From: an uncultured delta proteobacterium
GTDB lineage: Bacteria; Myxococcota; Myxococcia; Myxococcales; Anaeromyxobacteraceae
Assembly (NCBI GenBank): GCA_963828255.1
Contig: CAWHDZ010000040.1
Coordinates: forward strand, 96,001-160,000
DNA: 64,000 nt
Direction of reading: 5' to 3'
Made by a program: the position numbers and the translations under genes. Within the stretch, counting starts at the first letter, position 1. Each line of letters starts with the position of its first letter. Below are positions 8,569-20,103 of this stretch, one piece after another. A model generated the notes under the pieces. It made no database searches. It was not told the origin of the DNA and was given only the letters and a program-made list of their open reading frames with translations.

Positions 8569-8603
8569 AGGCCTCGTCAGTGCTTACCGGCGGGGCCTTT
8601 GTT
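8569..8603 (+). terminator. Intrinsic terminator-like hairpin after tRNA fragment 2
   Basis: AGGCCTCGTCAGT-GCTT-ACCGGCGGGGCCT with G-U pairs, then TTGTT. Confidence 0.55.
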
Positions 8604-8630
8604 CGAGCCCGGTGGCGGCTGGCGTCGACA

Positions 8631-9545
8631 TCACGCAGGGAACACCGTGGACCAGTCGCGGGCCATCGAGATCACCGTCCAACCGAGGCGGCCGGCGACG
8701 GTGGTGATCGGCTCGTTCTCCTTCAGGGTGCTCGACACGCTCTCATAGGCGAACTCACGCTCGCGGTCGTCGTGGTGGAGCAGGAGCGCCAGGCCAGGTC
8801 CGTCGCCGGCAAGCGCCCACTCCAGCATCTCCCGGTCACCGGCCGAGTTGCCGGCCGCCAGGATCGGCCGTCGCCCGAGCTGGGACTGGATGTTGGCCAC
8901 CTTCGCCTCTCCTTCGTTGGCGCCGCCGATCACATCACCGGTTCGCAAGAGCACGGGCCGCCCGTCGGTTCGGCGGGTCAGCTCGTAGCGGACCTGGGTA
9001 CCCACGACGGTCTCCGGCGGAACGCCGTACAGTTCGGCGCTGATCGCTCGCAGGAACTCGGTACCCCCGCCGGACACCAGGTAGACGGTGAAGTCACGCC
9101 GCCGGAGCTCGTCGAGCAGCTCCAGCATGGGCTGGTACCTCGTACCCGGGGCCGGCACGCCGAGGGTGCGGTGGCGAGCCCGCGCCATGAACTCGCGCGC
9201 CGCGGCCGTGAAGACCTCTGGCTCGATGCCCGCGAACAGCTCGACGAGCGCGAGGGCCACGCGCTCCAGGCCGAGCTCGCCGATGGCGGCCATGTCGAGG
9301 TTGAGCACCGCGGCCAGCTCCGGTCGCTCGCGCAGCGCCGGGTCGGCCTCGGCCCGGCGGCGCAGGGCATCCTCGAAGAAGTCGAACTGCACGTAGGTGG
9401 GCTTCTCGCACCACAACGTGCCGTCGTTGTCGAAGGCGGCCACCCTGGCCTCGACGGGGAGGGCCTCTGCGGCGGCCAGGAAGGCCACGAGGGCGTCGCG
9501 GGTCCGGCCAGGGCGCCACGAGGGCAGCAGGGCGGGCAAGGTCAT
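8631..9545 (-). CDS. HAD-superfamily hydrolase (cytoplasmic paralog of 1-716)
   Basis: AFDNDGTLWCEKP (motif I), YQPMLELL, VSGGG, AAGNSAGD, HDD..REFAY, VISM..DW..VF. Confidence 0.9.
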   Translation of the reverse strand: MTLPALLPSWRPGRTRDALVAFLAAAEALPVEARVAAFDNDGTLWCEKPTYVQFDFFEDALRRRAEADPALRERPELAAVLNLDMAAIGELGLERVALALVELFAGIEPEVFTAAAREFMARARHRTLGVPAPGTRYQPMLELLDELRRRDFTVYLVSGGGTEFLRAISAELYGVPPETVVGTQVRYELTRRTDGRPVLLRTGDVIGGANEGEAKVANIQSQLGRRPILAAGNSAGDREMLEWALAGDGPGLALLLHHDDREREFAYESVSSTLKENEPITTVAGRLGWTVISMARDWSTVFPA

Positions 9546-9862
9546 GGCGTGGGCTCCTCGTACCGCGGGCCGGGGCTGGGAGTGATTCGAGCCGCGGATT
9601 GTAGCTCGTTTGGCGGGATGACCATCAGTCTCGGCGTGCGGGAGGGACCGCAGTGGATGGCGGAGTGTGGATGCCCACTGGAAAATCATGTCTACAGCCG
9701 GCTAGCCCCACTCGCCCCCGACGACAATGGCAGGCATCTTCGTGATTTCGCATCCCCAACGTGTTTGGCAAAGCCCCGATCTTGAAATGGGCGCCAGTTC
9801 ACGCAACTCTCGTTCGAACCAGCCCGGGCATCCGGTGGATCCCGGAAGAATGGAGAAGACGC

Positions 9863-10495
9863 GTGAGCCTGATCGCGATCAACGTACTCCTGGATCCAGA
9901 TGCTGCCACGGTCGAGAAGGCACGGGCGGTGAACGCTCGGCTGCGAGAGAGCTATCCGGACGGCTTCGCCCTCGATGCCAACCACGCGCCGCACATCACC
10001 CTCCTCCAGCGGTTCGTGCGAACGGCGGACGTCGACCTGGTCGCGAAGGCCGTGGCCGAAGTGCTGCGAACGGTGCCCTCGATGAGGTGGGAAAGCAGGG
10101 CGACCGGCTACTATGACCTGGCCTACAAGAATCTCGGTTTGGTGGGAATCGTCATCGAACCGACCGAGGACCTGCGTCGACTTCAGCAAAGGATCATCGA
10201 CGTCGTCGCCCCGCTTGCTGCAGAGAAGGGGACGGCCGAGGCCTTTGCCCCCCGTCTCGACGGAGGGTCGATCAGCCAGCCGACGGTGGACTACGTGAAC
10301 GGCTTCGTCGGACCCCGCACCGGCACGAACTACAACCCACATCTGACCGTCGGGATTGGTACCCGCGATTTCGTGGACGCGTTGAAAGCTGAGCCGTTCG
10401 AACCGTTCACCTTCCGGGCAGCGTCCGTGAGCCTCTATCAACTGGGTGACTTCGGTGTCGCCCAGAGGAAGCTCCACGACTTGCACCGCTGCTGA
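9863..10495 (+). CDS. 2H phosphoesterase (2'-5' RNA ligase-like fold)
   Basis: Two HxT motifs: PHITLLQ and PHLTVG; GTG start after GGAG. Confidence 0.75.
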   Translation: MSLIAINVLLDPDAATVEKARAVNARLRESYPDGFALDANHAPHITLLQRFVRTADVDLVAKAVAEVLRTVPSMRWESRATGYYDLAYKNLGLVGIVIEPTEDLRRLQQRIIDVVAPLAAEKGTAEAFAPRLDGGSISQPTVDYVNGFVGPRTGTNYNPHLTVGIGTRDFVDALKAEPFEPFTFRAASVSLYQLGDFGVAQRKLHDLHRC

Positions 10496-10517
10496 ACGGT
10501 GCCTCGTGCACCGAGGT

Positions 10518-10745
10518 GGGGTTCGGTGTCGCGAGCGCCACCACGACCGTCCTCACCTCGCGTGGCGCCGTGCCTTCCGGGCCACGGCCTCACCCACTCT
10601 CTCGCCCCCGGCGTCGTCGGCGCTCCGGCCCGGGGGCAGCCTGCCGGAGGAACTCCGACGTGCTCTTGCCCTCCAGGCGGGCGGCCTTGCGCACGAGATC
10701 TCGCAGCGCTCTGGTGGTCCGGTAGGTCTCGACGGTCCTGGTCAT
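10518..10745 (-). pseudogene. Deleted copy of the DUF1778-like antitoxin plus 5' PIN remnant
   Basis: Clear similarity to 6178-6493, with a 71-bp internal deletion (frameshift), an 18-bp deletion and truncation of PIN. Confidence 0.85.
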
Positions 10746-10785
10746 GGAGGGTTCCGCGCGAATGGTCGCGGCAGACGGGCAGTCC

Positions 10786-11139
10786 TCACGCGCCAGTGGG
10801 GAGGCGAACGCGGAGGCGCCCGGCCTCGGCCGTGACGATTGCGCCCGTGGCGAGATCGGCGCCGTGCAATTGCAGAACATGCAGTGTCACGTCGGCTTGC
10901 CGAACCGCGGAAAGCCCGACCAGCCGGACGATGCCCGCATGCGGCAGCTCGCACACCACGGCGAGCTCCCCGAAGTCCTTGTCGAGCGTGACCAGGACGC
11001 GGCCCTCGGCCAGGGCCCGGGCGAGGATCTCCTCGTCTCCCGGGTCGGCCGGCCACTCGCCGGACCAGACCACGTCGTGGCCTGCCGCCCGAAGGCGGGG
11101 AAGCCCCCCCCAGACACAGGAGTCGAGGAGGAGCTTCAC
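10786..11139 (-). CDS. DUF5615 family PIN-like toxin (VapC45-like)
   Basis: KLLLDSC..LRAAGHDV..DEEILARA..EGRVLVTLDKDFGEL..HAGIVRL. Confidence 0.88.
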   Translation of the reverse strand: MKLLLDSCVWGGLPRLRAAGHDVVWSGEWPADPGDEEILARALAEGRVLVTLDKDFGELAVVCELPHAGIVRLVGLSAVRQADVTLHVLQLHGADLATGAIVTAEAGRLRVRLPTGA

Positions 11140-11545
11140 GTCCCGGTCGGAACGAGGAGGGGCTCGATGCGCTCGTGCCCGACCACGCGCCGGGCGTAGG
11201 CGAGGCAGGCGAGGACGTCCTCGCGCTCCATCCACGGATAGCCCGACACCACCGTCTCGATGTTGTCGCCGGCGGCGAGCATGCCCAGGACGTGCTCGAC
11301 CGCGAGCCGGTGGCCGCGAACGATCGGCTTCCCGCCGAAGATCTGGGGGTTGTAGGTGATGCGCTCGAGCAGGGCCTTCTCGTCCATGGTGGACCTCGAT
11401 GGGAGTATATCCCGGTCGGGCGAACGGAGCATGGGGGTCGCCGTGGGTGCACTTGCCGGCGTAGGCTTCCCGGATGGCGCCCAACGAAGACGCGGCCAGC
11501 TTCACGAGCCACTGCGAACTCTGCCGCGAGAAGGACCTCGACATG
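11115..11545. repeat. Diverged direct repeat of about 5160-5592 (DUF433 block)
   Basis: Colinear high nucleotide similarity across DUF433, its promoter and the start of the CELC ORF. Confidence 0.85.
11136..11387 (-). CDS. DUF433 family antitoxin, copy 2
   Basis: Near-identical to 5182-5433; GTGA overlap with DUF5615 gene; TATACT -10 and GAGGT SD upstream. Confidence 0.9.
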   Translation of the reverse strand: MDEKALLERITYNPQIFGGKPIVRGHRLAVEHVLGMLAAGDNIETVVSGYPWMEREDVLACLAYARRVVGHERIEPLLVPTGT

Positions 11546-11681
11546 CAATCGAGACGGCCATCAAGGACAGCGCAGTCCAGAGCCAGCGAGACGTCAAGTC
11601 CAGTCCCTTCGTTCGGCTGGACACCGTCGTGGCGGCCAGTCTCTCCAGGTGGAGAAGGGGTGGGGCCTCCCTGGTTCCTCG

Positions 11682-12596
11682 CTACGCCCCCTGCACCCAG
11701 ACCCGGTTTCGCCCGTCCGCCTTGGCGCGGTACAGCGCGCTGTCGGCCTGCCGGAGGAGATCCTCGAAGTCCACGGGGGGCGTGACCGGCAGGGCGCAGA
11801 CCACTCCCAGGCTGGCGCGAAGGTCCACGCTCGCGCCTCCTCCGAGATCCAGGCGCATGGCCTCCGTGGACTTCCGGATCCGCTCGGCCACGATCGCCGA
11901 TTGCTCCAGGGACGTGCTCGGGAGCAGGATCAGGAACTCCTCTCCGCCCCAGCGGCCCGTGAAGTCGTAGTCCCGCTTGTTCCGCTGGAGCACCTCCGCG
12001 ACCCGCCGCAGGGCCTCGTCGCCGGCGGCGTGGCCGTACTGGTCGTTGATGCGCTTGAAGTGGTCGAGGTCCATCAGGATGAGCCCCACGGTCGTCCGGG
12101 CCCGCGCCGCGCGGCTCAGCTCGATGCGCGCGTGGTCGGAGAGCGCCCGGCGGTTGGGGAGGCCGGTCAGGCTGTCCCGGGTCGCCAGCGCCTCCTCGCG
12201 GGCCAGCGACTCGTTGAGCCGCCCCTCCAGCGCCAAGATCCGGGCGCCCACCCCCATCCGCGCCAGCAGTTCGTCGAGGCTGAAGGGCTTGGTCACGTAG
12301 TCGTCTGCTCCCGTCTGGAGCCCGGCCACGACGTCCTCCCGCCCCGACCTCGCGGTGAGGAAGATGATGTAGGTGTACCCGGGCCACCCGGCGTCGCGGA
12401 TGCGGCGGATGAGCTCGGGGCCGTCCACCTCCGGCATCACCCAGTCCACGATGACCATCCGGATGTCCTCCCGCTGGAGCAGTTCCCACGCCTCCCGGCC
12501 GTCGGACGCGAAGACGAGCTCGTACCCCGCCACGCCCAGCTGACCCTGGAGCATCTGCCGGAGCAGCGCGTCGTCCTCGGCGATCAGGACCTTCAT
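11682..12596 (-). CDS. Response regulator-diguanylate cyclase (REC-GGDEF)
   Basis: AEDD, DWVMP, GADDYVTKPF; DSLTGLPNRR, DLDHFKRINDQYGHAAGD, RDYD I-site, RWGGEEF. Confidence 0.95.
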   Translation of the reverse strand: MKVLIAEDDALLRQMLQGQLGVAGYELVFASDGREAWELLQREDIRMVIVDWVMPEVDGPELIRRIRDAGWPGYTYIIFLTARSGREDVVAGLQTGADDYVTKPFSLDELLARMGVGARILALEGRLNESLAREEALATRDSLTGLPNRRALSDHARIELSRAARARTTVGLILMDLDHFKRINDQYGHAAGDEALRRVAEVLQRNKRDYDFTGRWGGEEFLILLPSTSLEQSAIVAERIRKSTEAMRLDLGGGASVDLRASLGVVCALPVTPPVDFEDLLRQADSALYRAKADGRNRVWVQGA

Positions 12597-12653
12597 CGTT
12601 CACCCCCCGTGCCGAGTCTAGGCCGTGCCGGGGAGCGTCTCAACATTGCGTCC

Positions 12654-12974
12654 GTGGCTCCCGTGGAGCCGAAGGGCGCCAGGAAGATCGCCCCGCGGGC
12701 GCCCGTCGCCATTCCGCCCGTTCCCCCTCCGGCCGCTCCCGCTCCGCCATCCTTCCCCGCTTCGCCGTCGAGGTCCGCCGGGCTCGCCTTTCCGGTCGTC
12801 GGGATCGGCGCATCGGCGGGCGGCCTCGAGGCCTTCGAGGAGTTCTTCCGCAAGGTCCCGGCCGACATCGGCATGGCCTTCGTGCTGGTCTCGCACCTCG
12901 ACCCGGCGAGGCGCACGAGATCGACAAGCCGCGCTCGGCGGTGCTGGCCGAACAGGGCCAGGCCATCGGCCTGA
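12654..12974 (+). pseudogene. N-terminal remnant of a CheB methylesterase (CheB-CheR fusion type)
   Basis: FPVVGIGASAGGLEAFEEFF...GMAFVLVSHLDP, then homology ends abruptly at about 12905. Confidence 0.8.
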
Positions 12975-13059
12975 GGAGCCCCAGTTGAGCCGTCCCTCCG
13001 GGATGTAGGCAGATGTAGGATCGGCAGGGACACGCTGACGGCCTGGGAGGCACGCGGCG

Positions 13060-14567
13060 ATGAAGTCGATGATCAACGACCGGGGAAGGCTGCGCGCGGC
13101 TGCCGAGGCGAGGCTCGCCCGCGGACCATCTGGGGCGCCTCCGCACCAGGACGCGTCCAGGCTCCTGTACGAGCTCCAGGTCCACCAGGTCGAGCTGGAC
13201 ATCCAGAACGAGGACCTTTGCAGGGCCCAGGTCGCCCAGGAGGAGGCGCACGCACGGCAGGTGGACCTCTACGACTTCGCTCCGGTCGGGTACCTCACCC
13301 TCGACGCGAAGGGACTCGTCGCCGAGGCGAACCTGACCGCTGCCGGAATGCTCAACGTGGACCGAGGGAGCCTGGTCGGCAAGGGCTTCGCCCCGTTCGT
13401 GGGGGGAGACTCCGCCACGTGGCGGCGCTTCCTCCACGAGGCCGCCCGCAGCAGCGATCCGGCAAGCCTGAACGTGCCGATCCAGCGAGGAGACGGGTCC
13501 GTCTTCGACGGCCACCTGGTCTGCCAGCACCGGGCCGAAGGCGCGGATGGCGGGTCGGTGCGCGTGGTGCTGTCCGACGTCTCCGAGCAGAGAAGCCTCG
13601 AGGAGAAGCTGGGAGAGAGCAGGAGGGCCCAGGAAGCGCTGGCGGTCTCCGAGGCGAAGTACCGGAGCCTCTTCGACTCCATGATGGACGGCGTGGTCGT
13701 GGTGGAGATGGCCGGGACCATCGTCGAGTCGAACGAGACCTTCCGGACGATGCTCGGGTACGGTGCAGACGAGCTTCGCGAGCTGACCTACACGCAGCTC
13801 ACCCCGGAGCCCTGGCACGCCATGGAAGCGCGGATCGTCGCCGAGCAGATCCTCCCCCGCGGCCACTCCGACGTCTACGAGAAGGAGTACCGGCGCAAGG
13901 ACGGGACGGTCTTCCCGGTCGAGCTCCGGACGTTCCTCCTCCGCGAGAACGGCCGGCCATCGGCGATGTGTGCCATCGTCCGGGACCTCACCGAGCGCAA
14001 GCGGGCCGAGCGGTCGCTGCGCGTCCAGGAGGCCCGGCTCGACCTCGCCGTGCGGTCCGGGAAGACGGGGCTCTGGGATCTCGATCTGGTCACGAACCAG
14101 ACCTGGCGCACGCGGCAGCACGACCGGCTGTTCGGCTTCGACGGCCTGCAGCCGGCGTGGGGACTGGAAGACGCCCTCCGCCACATGGTCCCGGAGGACC
14201 AGCCGGTCTTCCGGAAGGCGTTCGACGACGCCCTCGTCACCGGTCGCTTCCACTGCCAGTTCCGCATCGCGCCGGCGAACCATCCGCTCCGCTGGGTCGA
14301 GGCCAGCGGGGAGGTCCACCGGGACGGGTCCGGAGCGGCCGTCCGCATGATGGGAACCGTCGTCGACGTCACCGAGAGCAAGGCCTCCTAGGAGAAGCTC
14401 CGCGAGACCCTCGCATACGCCCGCAGCCTCCTCGAGGCGAGCCTCGATCCGCTCGTCGAGGACGGGGGCTCGCCATCTGCCATTCCATCGTGACGTCGCA
14501 AGCCGGGACCATCTCCGTCGAGAGCGAGGTGGGCAAGGGCTCGACGTTCCGGGTGGAGTTGCCGGCC
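13060..14567 (+). pseudogene. Multi-PAS sensor histidine kinase, disrupted (in-frame TAG at 14389, internal deletion near 14457)
   Basis: ELQVHQVEL..QNE.L..YDFAPVGYLTLD PAS leader and three PAS domains. After the TAG the frame resumes as [14 protein letters not shown], then jumps to a HATPase tail ([29 protein letters not shown]). No HisKA present. Confidence 0.8.
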
Positions 14568-14935
14568 GAGAGGACGAGCACGTCCCGGGCGCGGTAGGCG
14601 CGGATGTGGCGCAGGCTCTGGCGCACGGCGTCGGCGGTGCCCTGGAACCACTCCGGGCTGTCCTCGGTCTGCTCGGCGGCCAGGATGGTGACGAAGCCCT
14701 CGGAGAAGCCGTCGAACTTGTAGGTCCGGCTGATGTGCTTGTTCAGGCTCTGCGAGTTGTACTGGGTGAGGACGAAGATCCGGCGGAGCCCCACGTTGAG
14801 GCAGTTGCTGATGGGGATGTCGATGAGCCGGTACTTGCCGGCGATGGGCACGGCAGGCTTGGAGCGGTGCTGGGTCAGTGGAAAGAGGCGCGTCCCGCGC
14901 CCGCCGCCGAGGATCACCGCGATGCATTCGTCCAT
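14566..14935 (-). pseudogene. glgC: Truncated glucose-1-phosphate adenylyltransferase (first ~123 aa)
   Basis: [61 protein letters not shown]; breaks just before the expected GD. Confidence 0.88.
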
Positions 14936-14994
14936 GCGTGGGTTATTCAGGCACGCGCCCCTGACTGTCAAGCGAGGGGGTATCATGCCGGGCC

Positions 14995-16800
14995 ATGTTT
15001 CCCACGTTCCCGTCCGCTCCGCGTGCCGCCGTCCTGGCCCTCCTGCTCCTGCCTTCGGCGGCGGCCGCCGCTCCAGGGGGCGCGGGGCCCTCCCCGACCC
15101 GCTTCGAGGTCACGCTCCCCGGCGGGCGGGGCGCCGGGCCCCTCGACGGACGGCTGCTCCTCTTCGTCTCCACGCTCCCGGCCGACGCGAAGCCGGAGCC
15201 GCGCTTCCAGGTGAACGAGCAGGACGGCACGCAGCAGGTGTTCGGGATCGACGTGGATGGATGGAAGCCCGGGACGACGCGGACGCTGGGGAAGGACGCG
15301 AACGGCTACCCCGTGCTCCGGGTCTCTGAGATCCCGCCCGGCGAGTACACCGTCCAGGCGCTCCTGCACGTCTACGAGACCTTCCGGCGCGGGGACGGAC
15401 ACGTGGTGAAGCTCCCTCCCGACCGGGGGGAGGGGCAGAGCCTGGCCCGTGCGCCGGGCAACCTGTACGCGCGCCCGCGCCGCGTGCAGATCGGCGCAGG
15501 CACGGTGAAGATCGTGCTCGACGAGGTCATTCCCCCGATCCCGAAGCCTGCCGATACACGGTACGTGAAGCACCTCGAGTTGCCGAACGAGCGGTTGAGC
15601 CGGTTCTGGGGCCGGCCGGTCTCCCTGGGCGCGGTGGTGGTCCTCCCCGAGGGGTGGCACGACCACCCGGAGCAGCGCTACCCGCTCGTCATCGCCCACG
15701 GCCACTTCCAGCCCACCTACGAGGAGATGCGCGAGGCGCCGCCGGATCCGTCGCTGCCGCCAGTCGATCTGGAGGGGCTGCGGGTGCACTGCCCGAACGG
15801 CCACGAGGGGGCGTGGTGCACCCGGTTCGGCTACGAGCGGCTGGTCCAGGAGCGGGCCCACGCCTTCTTCAAGATTTGGACCTCGCCGGGATTCCCGCGC
15901 GCCATCGTGCTCGTCATCCAGCACGCCAACCCCTACTACGACGACTCGTACGCGGTGAACTCGGAGAACCTGGGGCCGTACGGCGACGCCATCACCCTCG
16001 ACCTGGTGCCGGAGGTGGAGAGACGCTTCCGGGGGCTCGGCCCCTGGGCCCGCGCCCTTCACGGAGGGTCCACCGGAGGCTGGGAGGCGCTCGCCGCGCA
16101 GGTCCTCTACCCGGACTCCTACAACGGCGCCTGGGCCGCCTGCCCCGACCCCATCGACTTCCGCCACTACCTGACCATCGACCTGTACGCCGACGAGAAC
16201 GCCTTCCGGTCGAGCGGGCCGTGGCGCACCACGCCGCGCGCCGCCTCGCGCGACTACCTGGGGCGGGTGCGCAGCACGGTGGAGCAGGAGTCGCGCCTGG
16301 AACTGGCGCTGGGGACGCGCTCCCGGTCCGGCGGCCAGTGGGACGCCTGGGAGGCGGTCTTCTCGCCGGTGGGCAAGGACGGCTACCCGCGCCGCATCTT
16401 CGACAAGTCCACCGGGGTGGTGGACCGCGAGGTCGCGGCGAGCTGGAGGGAGCGGTACGATCTGGTCCACGTCATGCGGCGCGACTGGGCGACGCTGGGG
16501 CCGAAGCTGCGGGGCAAGATCCACCTCATGGTGGGGCTCTCCGACAACTTCTTCCTGAACGACGCGGTCTACCGGGCCGAGGAGTTCCTCACCACGGCGA
16601 GTCCACCGGCCGACGCCGAGGTTCTCTACGGCGCGCGCGACGAGCACTGCTGGAGCGGCGACGCGAGCACGTTCAACGCGGTGTCCCGGCTGTCGTACAC
16701 CGAGCGGTTCCTGCCGCGCATGGCCGAGTGGTGGGCGCGGACGGCGCCGCCGGGGACGGACGTGTCGGGGTGGAGGGGGGCGGGGGGGGCGGGGAGGTGA
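14995..16800 (+). CDS. Secreted alpha/beta-hydrolase (esterase family)
   Basis: Signal peptide; [23 protein letters not shown] nucleophile elbow; C-terminal D/H (SDNFFL, EHCW). Confidence 0.8.
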   Translation: MFPTFPSAPRAAVLALLLLPSAAAAAPGGAGPSPTRFEVTLPGGRGAGPLDGRLLLFVSTLPADAKPEPRFQVNEQDGTQQVFGIDVDGWKPGTTRTLGKDANGYPVLRVSEIPPGEYTVQALLHVYETFRRGDGHVVKLPPDRGEGQSLARAPGNLYARPRRVQIGAGTVKIVLDEVIPPIPKPADTRYVKHLELPNERLSRFWGRPVSLGAVVVLPEGWHDHPEQRYPLVIAHGHFQPTYEEMREAPPDPSLPPVDLEGLRVHCPNGHEGAWCTRFGYERLVQERAHAFFKIWTSPGFPRAIVLVIQHANPYYDDSYAVNSENLGPYGDAITLDLVPEVERRFRGLGPWARALHGGSTGGWEALAAQVLYPDSYNGAWAACPDPIDFRHYLTIDLYADENAFRSSGPWRTTPRAASRDYLGRVRSTVEQESRLELALGTRSRSGGQWDAWEAVFSPVGKDGYPRRIFDKSTGVVDREVAASWRERYDLVHVMRRDWATLGPKLRGKIHLMVGLSDNFFLNDAVYRAEEFLTTASPPADAEVLYGARDEHCWSGDASTFNAVSRLSYTERFLPRMAEWWARTAPPGTDVSGWRGAGGAGR

Positions 16801-16910
16801 GCGCCTGTGGTCGTCCTACCGGTTGGACGCATCTGACCCACCCCGAAGGCGGTACGCGGGGAGTCCGGTTGGTCGCGAGATCTGCGCCGTCTACTGCGTA
16901 GACGGCGCTG

Positions 16911-18317
16911 CTACATCTCCTCCGGCAACAGGTGCCGGATCGAGTTCGCGTAGTACTGCAGCACCGGGATCTCCGCGTGAACGGGCGAGAACGCCCCGTC
17001 GCGCTCCTCCACCAGGTGACGCAGCGAGAGGGCGCGGAGCCCCACCGCCGTCGCGTACTCCTCGTCGGTCCGCGGGAGGTAGACGTGGCCGCCCGAGGCC
17101 TGGATGCGCCGTGACAGCGCCTGGGTGCGCAGGTGGATCTCCATCGAGGTGAGCGGGTCCTCGCTGTCGAGGAGCACGGTGGCCACGAGCGGCACGGGCA
17201 GCGCCGGGATGACCTGCCCCACCGCGCCGATGAGCTCGGTGCCGAGCTCCAGCACCCGCCGCGCCCGCTCCTCGCGCGACAGCCCCCGGAGATCGCCGCC
17301 CCGCTCGGCCAGCCACGAGCGCATCGAGATGGGCGTCCCGAAGTTCACGCAGGCATACCCGAAGCGGTGCCAGCGGCCGCCCAGCCACTGGCCGGCGTTG
17401 CGCAGCGCGAAGCGGGCCGCGCCGAGCGCGGTGTCCGCCTTGCCGCCGCGGATGCCCGCCGCCGCGCCGAGCTGGGTCCGGTCTTCCAGGACCCGGTCGT
17501 AGTTGAGCCCCACCGGCACGAAGACCAGGTCGCGCCGGGCCGGGTCGTAGTCGCGCAGCATGTAGTCGAGGAGCCCGAGCCGGGGAGGGCGCAGCGCCCC
17601 GTCCTTCGTGAGCCCGCCCTCCGGGAACATGGCCTGGACCACGCCGGCGTCGGCGGCCATCTGCACGTAGCGCTCCAGCACCCTCCGGTAGAGCGGATCG
17701 CCCGAGTCGCGCCGCACGAAGTAGGCCCCCATCGACCGGATGAGCGACTGGAGCGGCCAGATGCGGGCCCACTCCCCCACCGCGTAGGAGAGGGCGGTCT
17801 TCTCGGCCGCCAGGTAGGACACCAGCACGTAGTCCATGTTGGAGCGGTGGTTCATCACGAAGACCACGCTGGCCTCCGGGTCCACCCGGGAGAGGCCGTC
17901 GTCGTCGGCGAACCCGACCCGGACCCGGTAGAGGGTCCGCGCCGTGGCCCGGGCCACCGAGTAGCCCAGGCGGAAGTAGGCGTAGGCGCTGAAGGACGGG
18001 ACGATCTCCCGCGCGTAGGCGGCCACCCGCCCCATGGTCACCTCGCGGGGCTCGCCGGTCTCCCGGGCGTGGGCCTCGGCGGCCTCCACCACCCGCGGGT
18101 CGAAGGTGAGCCGGTCGATGAGCACGGCGCGTCGGGTCAGCTTGAAGGGGCGGATGCGCAGCCGCAGGCGCCGGTTGATCTCGTCGATGGCCCGGTTCAC
18201 CCGCCGTCGAAGGAACCAGCGGGCGCCGGGGACCAGCGCCCGGTCGAGGAGCGCCACCGCGGCGAGCACGAGGAGCGCCACGAGGGCCCAGAGCGGCAGG
18301 GTGACGTGCTCGGCCAG
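16911..18317 (-). CDS. Glycerol-3-phosphate/1-acyl-G3P acyltransferase (PlsB-like); possible CTG start at 18317
   Basis: NHRSNMD (HX4D), GAYFVRR, FPEGG, VPVGLNYD. Confidence 0.88.
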   Translation of the reverse strand: MAEHVTLPLWALVALLVLAAVALLDRALVPGARWFLRRRVNRAIDEINRRLRLRIRPFKLTRRAVLIDRLTFDPRVVEAAEAHARETGEPREVTMGRVAAYAREIVPSFSAYAYFRLGYSVARATARTLYRVRVGFADDDGLSRVDPEASVVFVMNHRSNMDYVLVSYLAAEKTALSYAVGEWARIWPLQSLIRSMGAYFVRRDSGDPLYRRVLERYVQMAADAGVVQAMFPEGGLTKDGALRPPRLGLLDYMLRDYDPARRDLVFVPVGLNYDRVLEDRTQLGAAAGIRGGKADTALGAARFALRNAGQWLGGRWHRFGYACVNFGTPISMRSWLAERGGDLRGLSREERARRVLELGTELIGAVGQVIPALPVPLVATVLLDSEDPLTSMEIHLRTQALSRRIQASGGHVYLPRTDEEYATAVGLRALSLRHLVEERDGAFSPVHAEIPVLQYYANSIRHLLPEEM

Positions 18318-18409
18318 GTGCGACCTCCGGGATGCGGCGACGGGGCGAGAGGGTGGAGCTTAACCCGTGGCTTGTGCCGCCGCCCCGCCGCGTGTAGAAA
18401 CCCAGCCCC

Positions 18410-20047
<1,638 letters not shown>

Positions 20048-20103
20048 CCCATCCGGGGTGCCCCCGACTGGCCGATTGCCGGTGAACCCCGGGATATGGG
20101 GGA

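Noticed and set aside
14389..14391. In-frame TAG as pyrrolysine or programmed readthrough
   Set aside because: The downstream part is itself deleted and frameshifted, and there are no pyl genes in the window; a nonsense mutation is simpler
16770..16800. G-rich tract at the esterase 3' end (also G9 near 44362) as G-quadruplex or phase-variation site
   Set aside because: The tracts encode Gly/Ala or poly-Pro in frame in a very GC-rich genome; no further support
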